Source: Gammaproteobacteria bacterium (GTDB taxonomy: Bacteria; Pseudomonadota; Gammaproteobacteria; UBA4575). From it: a DNA stretch of 64,000 nt. Position 1 is the first letter of the stretch; each line of letters begins with the position of its first letter. A program made the translations under genes and the position numbers. Of the stretch, positions 40,244-50,202 are shown piece by piece. The notes under the pieces were generated by a model. The model was given only the letters and a program-made list of their open reading frames with translations. It did not search any database and was not told the DNA's origin. The stretch covers positions 736,001 to 800,000 of the forward strand of contig CBDEUS010000002.1 in NCBI GenBank assembly GCA_965243395.1, given 5' to 3'.

Positions 40244-41431
40244 ATGAAAAAAGTAGAAGTCTATTCAAAAGAGTGGTGTCCCTATTGCGCCAAAGCAAAA
40301 TCTTTACTTAAATCAAAAGAAATTAATTACCAGGAAATTGATGTCACCAATGATGCTGAACGTGAAGAAGAAATGATTCAACGTTCGCAACGTCGAACTG
40401 TTCCACAAATTTTCATAGATGATGAATCAGTTGGTGGCTACGATGATCTTGCGCAGTTAAATGCAACAGGGTTACTCGATCAAAAACTTGGTCTCGCATC
40501 ACAACAAGCATTGCACGAAATTTATGATGTTGCTGTATTAGGTGCAGGGCCAGCAGGCATGACTGCTGCAATTTATTCAGCGCGTAAAAATTTAAAAACT
40601 ATAATCATTGCTTATGATAGTGGTGGTCAGGTTGGAACTACCTATGAAATCGGAAATTATCCAGGCTTTCAAATGATCACTGGGCCAGATTTAGTCGATA
40701 TGTTTGCGGCACATGTAAAAGAATATGAGATTGAAACCATGTTGGGCGAAAAAATTAGCAAGATCGATATAGAAAATAAATGTAAACAAATTTATACAGA
40801 GTCTGGACAAAAAATTTGTGCAAAAGTAGTTATTGTGGCAACAGGCGCATTTAAAAGAAAACTCAATATACCGGGTGAAAAGGAACTTTCAGGTAAAGGA
40901 GTCGTGTATTGCTCAACATGTGATGGGCCGTTATTTAAAGATTTAAATATAGCAGTGATTGGTGGAGGCAACTCGGCCTTAGAGGCTGCGATAGAAATGA
41001 ATGGTATTGCTAAGAGTGTGCAATTGGTTTCAACTTCAGATTGGTCTGGAGATGAAATTTTGCAAGATAAAGTTCGAAGTGCAAAAAATATAACAGCACA
41101 TAAATATCATCAGCCTCTAAAAATACAAGGTGAAGAAAGTGTTACCGGTCTAGTGATAAAAAATAAACAAACAGGAGAAGAAAATACGCTAGACCTGGAT
41201 GGAGTATTCATTGAAATTGGTTTATATCCAAATTCTGATTTCATTCTAGATTTAGTCGAAACGACAGAACGTGGTCAAATAAAAGTCGATCAAAATGGCG
41301 ATACGGGGGTAAGGGGTATTTTTGCAGCCGGAGATGTTACAGATAATAGAGAAAATCAAATAATCGTAGCGGCTGGTGAGGGCGCGAAAGCGGCCTTAAG
41401 CGCCTTTAACTACTTGGTTACACAGGTTTAA
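40244..41431 (+). CDS. Glutaredoxin-thioredoxin reductase fusion
   Basis: N-terminal Grx3-like CPYC...TVPQIFI...GGYDDL; C-terminal GAGPAG, YCSTCDG, GGGNSA. Confidence 0.9.
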   Translation: MKKVEVYSKEWCPYCAKAKSLLKSKEINYQEIDVTNDAEREEEMIQRSQRRTVPQIFIDDESVGGYDDLAQLNATGLLDQKLGLASQQALHEIYDVAVLGAGPAGMTAAIYSARKNLKTIIIAYDSGGQVGTTYEIGNYPGFQMITGPDLVDMFAAHVKEYEIETMLGEKISKIDIENKCKQIYTESGQKICAKVVIVATGAFKRKLNIPGEKELSGKGVVYCSTCDGPLFKDLNIAVIGGGNSALEAAIEMNGIAKSVQLVSTSDWSGDEILQDKVRSAKNITAHKYHQPLKIQGEESVTGLVIKNKQTGEENTLDLDGVFIEIGLYPNSDFILDLVETTERGQIKVDQNGDTGVRGIFAAGDVTDNRENQIIVAAGEGAKAALSAFNYLVTQV

Positions 41432-41529
41432 TGGAATAAATATGTTTTTAAAATTGACATGAAATAGATCATTCTTTAACTTGGTCTAATCTGATAAGAA
41501 TAACAAAAGAGTCAGAATATGCGCATATT

Positions 41530-42570
41530 TTGCAGCATATTAAAGTCATGATTAGACGCATACCAGGTCCTGCCTTGCTGTGGTATTCCATAATTATTTT
41601 TGGAGCAGCAAGCTCAATCGTACACATAATTGCTGATCTAGGTAGTCAACATACCATTGATGGGCGTAATGTTATTTCCTTTTGTAATTTACTGTTTGCA
41701 GGCAATGCTTGTGCAGTCATTGTGTTGTTTATTGTGCATCGAAAGCAATGGACACGTGAAACATTAAGCAAGATTAAAAAATTTGAGTGGTTGTTCTTAT
41801 TTATTTTAGCTTTACTCGCAAATTGTCTTGCGCCGTGGTTATTTTTTGTAGCGATTGAAACTACTATGGTCACTAATGTTGTGTTAGTGAGCCAAATTGA
41901 ACCTCCATTACTACTTTTTTTAGCATGGCTTGTATTTAAAGATAGTATCAGCAAATGGTCATTTATTGGTTCAATTTTATGCTTGATAGGTGTGGCTTTA
42001 ATTGCTTTTTTACAACCACAATCAGAAGAATTATTAGTGGGTAAAGGTGAATTATCTGCAGCTTTAGCAGCAGTGACTTACGCGGTATCCACTGTGCTTG
42101 CAAAGTTGTACCTCAAGGATATACCTATTGGAATTTTCAGTGTATTTCGAAGCGCAGTAGGCACCGTCGCCTTTTTTATCATCGCTGCCTATTTATATGG
42201 TTTAGAGCACTTTATAGATATTGGTTCTCCATTTCTTTGGAAATGGATGTTGCTATATGGCGGTCTAATCATTGTAACCGGACAGCTTGCCTGGGACTCA
42301 GGGGTTCGCAAATCAACATCCACAGATGTTTCGCTTGCGACTTCTTTTGCTCCAGTGGCAGGTGTTTTGGCTGCATTTTTAATACTGGGTGAGCAACCTA
42401 CACAAGCTCATTACATTGGTGGTGGAGTGTTGTTGTTAGGTATTGCAATTTGCTTATTTGCAACCTTGCACAAATTACGTGAAGAAAAGCTACATGAAAC
42501 AACTATGGAAGAAAACGAGGCTGTACCCGGTTTAGAGGCAGAATGTAGAACAGGGTTTAAGGGTGTTTGA
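41530..42570 (+). CDS. DMT/EamA family transporter
   Basis: About 10 TMs in two repeats; ILGEQP motif. Confidence 0.85.
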   Translation: MQHIKVMIRRIPGPALLWYSIIIFGAASSIVHIIADLGSQHTIDGRNVISFCNLLFAGNACAVIVLFIVHRKQWTRETLSKIKKFEWLFLFILALLANCLAPWLFFVAIETTMVTNVVLVSQIEPPLLLFLAWLVFKDSISKWSFIGSILCLIGVALIAFLQPQSEELLVGKGELSAALAAVTYAVSTVLAKLYLKDIPIGIFSVFRSAVGTVAFFIIAAYLYGLEHFIDIGSPFLWKWMLLYGGLIIVTGQLAWDSGVRKSTSTDVSLATSFAPVAGVLAAFLILGEQPTQAHYIGGGVLLLGIAICLFATLHKLREEKLHETTMEENEAVPGLEAECRTGFKGV

Positions 42571-42616
42571 TTGGTAGGGACAGAGAAATGAGTAAAAATT
42601 TATTTAGGAGGATGCT

Positions 42617-43090
42617 ATGTTTTCACATTTATTGAAAATTACTTTAACAGGGGAACGTAGTTGGGAGTGGTTACCCATTTTAGTGGCAAGATTTTCACTG
42701 GGTTTATTTTTTGCTGTATCAGGTTACAACAAACTGTTCGTGCCAGAAAAACATGCAGATTTAATTTCACTTATGGCCGATATCGGAATGCCGTTTCCGG
42801 AATTTACCGCACTGTTTTTAGCAATCGTAGAATTCTATGGTGGTTTAATGCTCATGGTGGGCTTTTTGTCCTCAATTGTTTGTGTTGCGCTCAGTATTGC
42901 CATGGTAGTAGCGATAGCAACAGTTGAAATTGAACATGTCATACCAAAAGGCATTGGCCCGCTCGACTGGATGAGCTGGTTTCTCTATCTTCCGCAGGTT
43001 ATGTACATCATTCTATTTGTTTGGCTCATAACAACTGGCCCGGGAAAACTAAGCGTGGATCATTGGCTAGCCAATAAATTGAGATTATAA
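42617..43090 (+). CDS. DoxX family membrane protein
   Basis: R..LGLFF..SGYNKL, EFYGG, GPGKLSVD. Confidence 0.9.
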   Translation: MFSHLLKITLTGERSWEWLPILVARFSLGLFFAVSGYNKLFVPEKHADLISLMADIGMPFPEFTALFLAIVEFYGGLMLMVGFLSSIVCVALSIAMVVAIATVEIEHVIPKGIGPLDWMSWFLYLPQVMYIILFVWLITTGPGKLSVDHWLANKLRL

Positions 43091-43200
43091 ATTTGAAGCA
43101 GGTATGGTGAACAATAACTTAGATTAAAATTTTATATTTATATATATATGATAAGTTGATTTATTATAATTTGTGGTTAGTTTTATAAATTCTCCATAGT

Positions 43201-45117
43201 GTGCATTTGTATAAGTTAACCTATTCATTCAGTGTTTTGTTTTGTGCAGTTTGTAGTTATTCTGCTGCTACCGAAGCAGCGAATAGCTCAAGCGCTACTT
43301 CTGAATTTGTAGAAATCCAATCTTATCGGCTATCTCCTAGCCTTAAACATACGCCTGCAAATGTCACTGTAATTAACCGTAATGATATTGAAACACTTGC
43401 AGCACAAAATGTAGTTGAACTATTAACCAGCTATGGTTTTCATGTTGAACAAGCGGCTGGTTCTGGCAGCCTAAGTTCTATTTATTTACGTGGAGCCGAC
43501 CCAAATTTTACTTTGGTACTGATTAATGGGGTAAAGGTCAATGATCCCACAAATAGTCGGGGCGGCTCATTTGATTTTTCCAGCCTTAGTCTAGACACCA
43601 TTGAACAGATTGAAATTGTTCGCGGGCCTTTGTCTTCTACGTATGGTTCCGATGCCTTATCTGGCGTTATAAATATCATAACTAAACAAGCACAAAAAGA
43701 ATTAGAAGCCAGTGTGAATTTGGTGAAAGGAGAAAACGGCATGCAAGCGCTTTCATCAACTTATGAAATTCAGTCAGATCAATTTCAGTTTAGTATTACT
43801 GGCGCATATAACGACTCAGGGGAACAAGTAGAAGGCACCGAGCTTGAAAGTAGTAGTGCAGATTTAAAAGGAACGTGGATAATTAGTAATGCTACACAGT
43901 TAAATTTTCACACACGCTATTATGATAGTGATAGCAAAGCTTTTCCTGATGATAGCGGTGGTTCAACTTTTGCAGTACTACCGGATGTGGATGAACGTGA
44001 TGTTTTTGAAACCCTAGCAAATTTGGAGTTGTTACATACTCTAAATAAAAAAGTAACCTTGTCATTAAAAAGCTCGGTTTTTCATCATGAAGAAGACACA
44101 GATTCGCCAGGGGTAGCGCCTGGTATTCGAGATCCTCTAGGAATACCTATAAACAGTAGCGATAGTGAATTCACGCGCTATGCACTTACTGCAAGCAGCA
44201 TTATTACACCTAATAAAAACATAAGCAGTGCGGTAGGTATGGATATTGAAATTGAAGAGGGAAATACAAAAGGCTTTTTAGATTTTGGATTTGGGCAAGT
44301 GCCCACTAATTTTGATTTAGACAGAACAACTTACTCTGCATTTTCAGAGATTGAAGCGTTTATAGGGCCATTCACAATGCTGACCGGGTTGCGTTTTGAT
44401 TCTCCGGAGGACTTTAGTGGTCGCCTAAGTCCAAATTTTGGTGCAAACTATCATTTGCCGAATTTAACATCTAACTTGCGGTTTAATTGGGGTAAGGGAT
44501 TTAAACTGCCGAGCTTTTTTGCCTTAGGTAATCCTATAGTTGGGAATGAAAATATTAAACCAGAAACGAGTGAAATATTTGAAGTAGGATTCGATACAAG
44601 CTTATTTAAAAACAAAGGGCAGGTAAATATAACCTTCTTTACTCAAGAATTTAACAATATAGTCGATTTTGATGCAGGTCCGCCTCCTAGTTTAGTAAAT
44701 AGAAGTAAAGTGCATACCAAAGGTATGGAGTTTGGCTTGGGCTTAATACCAATTAAAAATGTTACAAGCCAGCTATTTGTAAACTACGTAGATACCAATA
44801 TTAAAGGTGATGATGGAAATTTATTAAACCGTCCTGAATGGCGTGGGAGTGTATCTGTAAACTGGCAAGCTAAACATAATTTGCAATTTAGTTTTAATAC
44901 TATCTATGTTGATGAAGTAGAAGACAGTTCTATTCCTACAGGAATAGTAACTTTGGATGATTACATACGTGCAAATGTTTCTGCAGCGTGGCAGGCTATA
45001 CCTAATTTAAATTTAATTTTTGCAGTTGATAATCTGCTTGATGAAGAATATGAAGAAACCATAGGCAATGAAGAAGCAGGAATAAGCGCAAGATTCCAGC
45101 TTCGTGGGAAATTTTAA
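43201..45117 (+). CDS. TonB-dependent receptor (BtuB-like architecture)
   Basis: Plug motifs LVLINGV and IEIVRGPLSSTYGSDALSGVINIIT; C-terminal Phe. Confidence 0.92.
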   Translation: MHLYKLTYSFSVLFCAVCSYSAATEAANSSSATSEFVEIQSYRLSPSLKHTPANVTVINRNDIETLAAQNVVELLTSYGFHVEQAAGSGSLSSIYLRGADPNFTLVLINGVKVNDPTNSRGGSFDFSSLSLDTIEQIEIVRGPLSSTYGSDALSGVINIITKQAQKELEASVNLVKGENGMQALSSTYEIQSDQFQFSITGAYNDSGEQVEGTELESSSADLKGTWIISNATQLNFHTRYYDSDSKAFPDDSGGSTFAVLPDVDERDVFETLANLELLHTLNKKVTLSLKSSVFHHEEDTDSPGVAPGIRDPLGIPINSSDSEFTRYALTASSIITPNKNISSAVGMDIEIEEGNTKGFLDFGFGQVPTNFDLDRTTYSAFSEIEAFIGPFTMLTGLRFDSPEDFSGRLSPNFGANYHLPNLTSNLRFNWGKGFKLPSFFALGNPIVGNENIKPETSEIFEVGFDTSLFKNKGQVNITFFTQEFNNIVDFDAGPPPSLVNRSKVHTKGMEFGLGLIPIKNVTSQLFVNYVDTNIKGDDGNLLNRPEWRGSVSVNWQAKHNLQFSFNTIYVDEVEDSSIPTGIVTLDDYIRANVSAAWQAIPNLNLIFAVDNLLDEEYEETIGNEEAGISARFQLRGKF

Positions 45118-45134
45118 TATACTTTAAATGATGC

Positions 45135-45740
45135 TTAGATTTCAGCCTCAATACCTGGCATTGGAATAAAATTCGGTAATTGTTTAATTCTATTTATCCA
45201 AGTTTGTATATTGGGATACGGGTCTAAAGAAATTTTGCCTTCACCCGCCAGCGCAATGTATGGGAAGCAAGCAATGTCGGCAATTGTTACATGGTTTAGC
45301 GCCAGCCACTCATGATTTTTTAGGTGATTTTCAATAATAGTGAGAATAATTTTGCTTTTCTCATGCGCCTTATCAATATCAATATCAAGCTTAAGTTTGA
45401 AATGAGCGCGTGCATCCATAGGGCCGCGTGCTATTTCATTACAAGCAGTAGATAACCATTGCATTACTTGTGCCATTTCATTGGGTTTGCTAGGTAACCA
45501 ATCATCACTGCCATATTTTCTAGCCAAATAGACTAAAATAGCTTGCGAGTCTCGTAATACAAGATCGCCATCTTCGAGAGTGGGGATTTCACCTAGTGGA
45601 TTTTTCTTAAGATAGTCAGGCGCTTTTTGTTCACGTTTTTTAATGTCGATTGGGATAATTTCGTAGTTAATTTCTAACATAGACAAAAGTAAACGCACTT
45701 TGTAGCAATTACCCGAAAATTCCACGTTGTATAGCTTCAT
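45135..45740 (-). CDS. Glutathione S-transferase
   Basis: SGNCYKVR, NPLGEIP, DSQAIL, TIADIA. Confidence 0.93.
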   Translation of the reverse strand: MKLYNVEFSGNCYKVRLLLSMLEINYEIIPIDIKKREQKAPDYLKKNPLGEIPTLEDGDLVLRDSQAILVYLARKYGSDDWLPSKPNEMAQVMQWLSTACNEIARGPMDARAHFKLKLDIDIDKAHEKSKIILTIIENHLKNHEWLALNHVTIADIACFPYIALAGEGKISLDPYPNIQTWINRIKQLPNFIPMPGIEAEI

Positions 45741-45946
45741 ACTAGTATGTCTTCAAATATTCTCTCAGCAATCTGAGCTTGCATTGTAACGCTAACGATA
45801 CCAATCGAGATATCAATTATTGGAAGCAATTTTTACATAGATATTCTTGATTATATTTATAGTAATTTACTATTTGTATTCACGGCACCATAAGTAGCAT
45901 TATGGATACTGGATTCTTTGATAATAATTACAAATAGAGGTATCCC

Positions 45947-46801
45947 ATGGCCAGCCAACTACTTTACTCACCTGAAGAAGTCAAAAATTTAATGTCGCAA
46001 GGTAATACCGTTGTTATCGATATACGTGACGAAGAAGATTACAAAGAAAATCATATTCCTGGGTCTGTTAGTGTTCCTGATGTTTTTTATTATCTCGCGA
46101 TGACAACCGATGAGGGATTAAAAGAGCTGCATGAAAAATTTCAAGCCTTGTTTTCTGCAGCAGGCGTAACGATGGATACAAAGGTTATTATTTATGAAGA
46201 TGCATTTGACAGCCGATATGGAGGTTCTTGTCGTGGTTATTGGTTGCTAACCTATCTCGGCCATCCTGATACAGGAATATTAGATGGTGGCTTCTCGGCG
46301 TGGGAAGAAGCAGGTTATGCAGTCGATAATGAAATTCCAAATCCTGAACCTACCGACTTTAAGGTGAATCCCCGCCAGGATATTCTTGCGACTAAAGATG
46401 TCATGTTGGCAGCTTTGAAAGACACAAATATAAAAATTCTTGATAATCGTGACAAAGTAGAATGGTTAGGAAAAAGTTCTTCACCTTACGGAGTTGATTT
46501 TGCACCGCGTAAAGGACGTCTACCCGGTGTGCGTTGGATAGAATGGTATAACTTTATGGAGCGTGATGGTCAGATTCCTTATTTCAAGTCTCCTGAAAAA
46601 ATACGTGCAATGTGCGCTGAATATGGATTGTATCCAGACGATGACATCATTTTGTACTGTTTCAAAGGTGCACGCGTATCCAACACCTTTGTTGCACTGC
46701 AACTCGCCGGATTTAAACATCTACGCAACTATTTTGGTTCGTGGAATGAATGGTCGCGAGATGAGAATATGCCTATTAATGCAGAAGTGTATTCAGACTA
46801 A
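45947..46801 (+). CDS. Two-domain sulfurtransferase (rhodanese)
   Basis: HIPG, LDGG, active loop YCFKGAR, YFGSWNEWS. Confidence 0.92.
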   Translation: MASQLLYSPEEVKNLMSQGNTVVIDIRDEEDYKENHIPGSVSVPDVFYYLAMTTDEGLKELHEKFQALFSAAGVTMDTKVIIYEDAFDSRYGGSCRGYWLLTYLGHPDTGILDGGFSAWEEAGYAVDNEIPNPEPTDFKVNPRQDILATKDVMLAALKDTNIKILDNRDKVEWLGKSSSPYGVDFAPRKGRLPGVRWIEWYNFMERDGQIPYFKSPEKIRAMCAEYGLYPDDDIILYCFKGARVSNTFVALQLAGFKHLRNYFGSWNEWSRDENMPINAEVYSD

Positions 46802-46862
46802 ATGTTTTTAATTAGCGTTTAAAAATGTAATCAAATTCTGACCAAATTATGGTTATAGAATA

Positions 46863-48239
46863 ATGAAAAAATACGACGCCATCATTATCGGTGCAGGTCA
46901 GGCGGGTCCCTCGCTCGCTGCAAAATGTGTTTCTGAAAATCTCAAAACTGCCATCATTGAACGCCATCTATTTGGTGGCACTTGTGTCAACACAGGCTGT
47001 ATCCCTACCAAAACATTAGTTGCGAGTGCACGCGCTGCACACATGGCACGTCGTGGTGAGGAATTTGGTGTGGATATCTCGGGTGATATTAAAATGGATA
47101 TGAAAAAAGTCAAAGCCCGAAAAGATGCAGTTGTACAACAATCCAACCAGGGGGTAACGGGTTGGATGAAAAATATGGAAGGCTTAGATGTTTATGAAGG
47201 CCATGGTCAGTTTGAAAGTGAAAATGTTGTCAGTGTAAATAGCGAACAGCTACAAGCCGATAAAATTTTTATCAATGTAGGCGCACGTGCGCGTGTACCA
47301 GATATGCCAGGTTTAGATGAAATTGAATATTTTACTAACTCCAACATTATGGAAGTTGATTTTTTGCCGGAGCATCTCGTTATTATCGGTGGAAGTTATA
47401 TTGGTTTAGAGTTTGCGCAAATGTATCGACGCTTTGGCAGTGAAGTTACGGTAATCGAAATGTCAGATCGACTTATTCCAAGAGAAGATCAAGATGTATC
47501 TGAAACTGTACATGAAATTTTAGAAAATGAAGGTGTAAACATTCGACTCAGTGCAGAGTGTATTAGTTTTGCAAAAAAAGATTCACAAATTGTCGTAACC
47601 GACAGCTGTAATAATGAAAGACAAGATACTCTTGGGTCACATGTGTTGTTGGCAGTGGGGCGGCAGTCCAACACACATGATTTAGGTTTAGATAAAGCAG
47701 GTGTAAAAACCAATGACTTTGGCATTATCAAAGTAGATGATGAGCTTAAAACCAACGTACCAGGTATTTGGGCAATTGGAGAGTGCAATGGTAAAGGCGC
47801 ATTTACACATACCTCTTATAATGATTATGAAATCGTTGCCGATAATCTTTTTGGTACAAAAACGCGTCGTGTGAGTGATCGCATTATGTGTTATGGGCTA
47901 TTCATCGACCCACCTTTAGGTCGTGTAGGCCTGACAGAACAACAAGTGCGTGACTCTGGTAAAAAAGCTTTGATAGGGAAGATGATGATGTCACGCATTG
48001 GACGAGCCAAAGAGCGCGGTGAGACCCAAGGCTTTATGAAAGTGCTCATCGATGCAGAAACCGATGAAATATTAGGCGCAAATATTTTAGGAATCGGTGG
48101 TGATGAAATTATTCATTTATTCATCGACACCATGTATGCCAAAAAGCCATACCATGTCATCAAAAATGCTGTGCACGTACACCCCACGGTTGCTGAATTG
48201 ATTCCAACTATGTTGCAAGATTTACAATCCTTAAGTTAA
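46863..48239 (+). CDS. Flavoprotein disulfide reductase (mercuric reductase-like/RclA-like)
   Basis: GGTCVNTGCIP, GGSYIG, C-terminal HPTVAE; no MerA C-terminal CC. Confidence 0.88.
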   Translation: MKKYDAIIIGAGQAGPSLAAKCVSENLKTAIIERHLFGGTCVNTGCIPTKTLVASARAAHMARRGEEFGVDISGDIKMDMKKVKARKDAVVQQSNQGVTGWMKNMEGLDVYEGHGQFESENVVSVNSEQLQADKIFINVGARARVPDMPGLDEIEYFTNSNIMEVDFLPEHLVIIGGSYIGLEFAQMYRRFGSEVTVIEMSDRLIPREDQDVSETVHEILENEGVNIRLSAECISFAKKDSQIVVTDSCNNERQDTLGSHVLLAVGRQSNTHDLGLDKAGVKTNDFGIIKVDDELKTNVPGIWAIGECNGKGAFTHTSYNDYEIVADNLFGTKTRRVSDRIMCYGLFIDPPLGRVGLTEQQVRDSGKKALIGKMMMSRIGRAKERGETQGFMKVLIDAETDEILGANILGIGGDEIIHLFIDTMYAKKPYHVIKNAVHVHPTVAELIPTMLQDLQSLS

Positions 48240-48284
48240 TAATTTTCAACTCTATTATCCCTTTATCTGTAATTTAAAATTAAT

Positions 48285-48848
48285 GTGCAAACTTTATTAG
48301 ATAAATTTGAACAATTATTAAATTCTATTGAACAGATAAAGGATGAATTGTGTCCTCCTGCTACAGATGAAGAAATTAATGCTGTAGAAATTGAGTTGGG
48401 TATAAAATTTCCAGAAGATCTGCAGACATTGTATAAATGGCACAATGGACAGGTTGGCATACACTTTGTTTTTAACGAATTTAGAATGTATGCATTGAAA
48501 GATGTTGTTCAATTTTACAAAAATGGCCTTGAACATGATGAGCCTGATTATTATGAAACTGAAGATGAATCAGGTGTGTTTAAAGATTGTATAGCTAATA
48601 CAAAGTGGATACCCATAGGGGATAATGGCGGCAATACAATCCTGTTTTTAGACTTGGACCCTGGTGTTCAAGGAGTAAAGGGTCAACTGCTAGAGTCATG
48701 TGATGGTGAACCAGAATGTAATTATAGTGGAGTAAAAATATTCATTGAAGATGTTGTAAGAAAAATCGAGGCAGGAGAAATAATTTGGAATGAAAATGCT
48801 GGAAGTTTTTGGCCTGCCGATCATGAACCCTATCCTTGGGAACAATAG
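48285..48848 (+). CDS. SMI1/KNR4 (SUKH) family protein
   Basis: PPATDEEI..VE.ELG.KFPEDL..LY.WHNG, WIPIG, LDLDPG..G..GQ. Confidence 0.85.
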   Translation: MQTLLDKFEQLLNSIEQIKDELCPPATDEEINAVEIELGIKFPEDLQTLYKWHNGQVGIHFVFNEFRMYALKDVVQFYKNGLEHDEPDYYETEDESGVFKDCIANTKWIPIGDNGGNTILFLDLDPGVQGVKGQLLESCDGEPECNYSGVKIFIEDVVRKIEAGEIIWNENAGSFWPADHEPYPWEQ

Positions 48849-48880
48849 AGCATTCAATATATATATAAATATCCGTACTT

Positions 48881-49591
48881 TTAGCTCTTTCCATATACTG
48901 GCACTGCTGCTCCCGTTACTCCTTTAGCTTGTTCAGAGCATAGGTGCAATATTTCATTAGCTAAATCGGTGGTGGGTACCCAGTTACTGAAGTTTGCATC
49001 GGGCATGTCGGCTCGATTCGTTGGGGTGTCAATTGTTCCCGGAAGAATGCAGTTCACATTGATGTTATTCATTTTATGTTCTGCCGCTAAACTTTGAGTA
49101 AGAGTGATGACAGCAGCTTTGCTCACACAGTAAGGTGCCATTTTCGCTTTACCTTCGACGGCGGCACGTGCAGCGACATTTACAATTTTGCCCTTTTGTT
49201 TTTCTAACATGTGCGGGATGACAGCACGGCACATGAGAAACACACTTTTTGCATTTAGATTTAGCATGAACTCCCAATCCGCTACAGAGGTTTCGTGCAC
49301 CATAGGGCCCATTTTGAATCCTCCGGCCACATTAGCAAGGCAGTCGATCTGATTAAAACGATCTACAATTTTTGCGACTGAATCAGTCACGGAATTCACA
49401 TCTGTTAAATCGGTTTCAAACATCCCAACATTCTTGGCATGTTTCCAACGAGGATGGGTCATCTTGGAAAAATCAATATCTACCAGCGCAATGTTTGCCT
49501 CTGCACGAAAGAAAAGTTCAGCAGTGGTAGAACCGAGTGCACCTGCAGCACCTGTGATGATTACGGTTTGATTATTGAAATTGAAGTTCAT
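48881..49591 (-). CDS. SDR family oxidoreductase
   Basis: TGAAGALG, YCVSK, PGTIDTPTNR.DMP. Confidence 0.92.
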   Translation of the reverse strand: MNFNFNNQTVIITGAAGALGSTTAELFFRAEANIALVDIDFSKMTHPRWKHAKNVGMFETDLTDVNSVTDSVAKIVDRFNQIDCLANVAGGFKMGPMVHETSVADWEFMLNLNAKSVFLMCRAVIPHMLEKQKGKIVNVAARAAVEGKAKMAPYCVSKAAVITLTQSLAAEHKMNNINVNCILPGTIDTPTNRADMPDANFSNWVPTTDLANEILHLCSEQAKGVTGAAVPVYGKS

Positions 49592-49645
49592 ATTAGCCCC
49601 AGGAAATATATTACCTGATATTCCAGGACATATAACTTTAAAGCA

Positions 49646-50134
49646 CTATTCGTTTAGCAAATTGATAATTTTTTGTTCAAGTTCACTATAGTCAGCATCA
49701 CCTTCTATATATTCACCACCTGGATGAATATGTTGAATCAATCCGCTTTTATCAATTAAAAACGAAACACTGGTCCAGTCCCTTTTTTTGAATAACCACC
49801 ACTTATTCAACGTGTCCCAGTTTGTATCGATACCAATGGGAAATTTAAAACCAAAACTGTCAGCACAGGTTTTGACATTTTCAGTAGCTAGAGGTGTATC
49901 TTTTTTATGATGATACATGCCTATGACTTGTAAACCCTGTGCAGAATATTTCTCATGCCAGGCATTGAGGGCAATAGAGGAATTTTTGCAATAAGGGCAA
50001 TCAGGTCCTGTCCACCAACGGATAAGCACGACTTTACCGCTTAAATATTCAAGCGAAATTGAGCTTGCATTAAGCCATTCTGATGCTTTTAAGGCAGGCG
50101 GACGAGTAGCAATTAATGATTCACCGGTAGTCAC
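49646..50134 (-). CDS. TlpA/redoxin-type thioredoxin-fold protein (start uncertain)
   Basis: GKVVLIRWWTGPDCPYC, FLIDKSG. Confidence 0.8.
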   Translation of the reverse strand: MTTGESLIATRPPALKASEWLNASSISLEYLSGKVVLIRWWTGPDCPYCKNSSIALNAWHEKYSAQGLQVIGMYHHKKDTPLATENVKTCADSFGFKFPIGIDTNWDTLNKWWLFKKRDWTSVSFLIDKSGLIQHIHPGGEYIEGDADYSELEQKIINLLNE

Positions 50135-50202
50135 AAGCAGAGCACATACTATTGTTATATAAAGACAAACATTTTTGCCTTTGGATGGATTAGATCCAAG
50201 TT

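Noticed and set aside
43091-43200. Cobalamin riboswitch ahead of the BtuB-like receptor
   Set aside because: The gap is about 110 nt of very AT-rich DNA with no B12-box or GC stems, so the substrate is left unassigned
46863-48239. merA mercuric reductase
   Set aside because: Lacks the NmerA domain and the C-terminal Cys-Cys pair; no mer genes nearby
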